Assembly (NCBI GenBank): GCA_021613535.1 | Contig: CP075492.1 | Location: forward strand, 19,158,001-19,222,000 | DNA length: 64,000 bases | Direction: 5' to 3' | From: Adineta vaga | Lineage: Eukaryota > Animalia > Rotifera | Shown here: in pieces, positions 63,702 to 64,000 of the stretch | Layout: each line of letters begins with the position of its first letter | How positions within the stretch are numbered: position 1 is the first letter of the stretch | Translations under genes and position numbers: made by a program | Notes under the pieces: model-generated | Databases searched by the model: none | What the model saw: only the letters and a program-made list of their open reading frames with translations | What the model was told of the DNA's origin: nothing

Positions 63702-64000
63702 ATGGCGCAAAGCTTTGCATTTTATAATGATGCGAACTTTTTCATTGTCTATGGATTAATTATCTGTTGTCTCTTGGTAACCGCAACTTTATATAAATGG
63801 TATGTAGGAGTATTCTCGTCCTTGACGAAGCAAATACTTAATATTGGGTATAACTTGACCGATGATGGAAAAAAATTTAAATCCATGAGTTTTTATGGAG
63901 ACAATTTTCAAGCACAGGATGGTAACTGTTGTTTTTCGTACATGCTTCCCTTCTGTTTCATAATTATGGTTAGTATGACGATCGCAGGAACATTAATTAC
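63702..64000 (+). CDS. Membrane protein, 5' part (runs off window)
   Basis: Open frame MAQSFAFYNDANFFIVYGLIICCLLV...MLPFCFIIMVSMTIAGTLI with two hydrophobic helices. Confidence 0.55.
   Translation, partial: MAQSFAFYNDANFFIVYGLIICCLLVTATLYKWYVGVFSSLTKQILNIGYNLTDDGKKFKSMSFYGDNFQAQDGNCCFSYMLPFCFIIMVSMTIAGTLI

Noticed and set aside
1-64000. tRNA, rRNA or other structured RNA genes
   Set aside because: No recognisable cloverleaf or rRNA motifs seen by eye; a covariance-model scan would be needed to exclude them.

Overview
AT-rich eukaryotic DNA with many short (~50-120 nt) GT-AG introns. The gene families (NHL repeats, R-S-E ADP-ribosyltransferases with TPR or WWE, orphan GPCRs, LDLa/EGF-GPCR, F-box-like, FG-GAP, bacterial-type papain) and TGTGGG/TGAGGG telomere-type repeats point to a bdelloid rotifer (inference). 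The window mixes spliced genes, frameshifted or truncated gene fragments and DNA-transposon relics (hAT, Tc1/mariner, several MITEs). Two signals stand out. (1) About 15 dispersed mini-elements, mostly 30-70 bp, consist of head-to-head telomeric repeats around a short spacer, with conserved CTTGAGGG/ATGGG ends; several sit exactly where a gene or transposon is cut off. (2) A single ~1335-aa gene joins three tandem 2-TM, Cys-rich-loop units, resembling a concatenated trimeric (ENaC/P2X-topology) channel. Also notable: a capping-enzyme paralog lacking its triphosphatase, a B-box/coiled-coil/dynein-light-chain fusion, TRPA1 with a Cys-rich insert, and spliced metallothionein and Cys/Trp micro-proteins the ORF track missed or mistranslated. 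All calls are by eye, without database searches.
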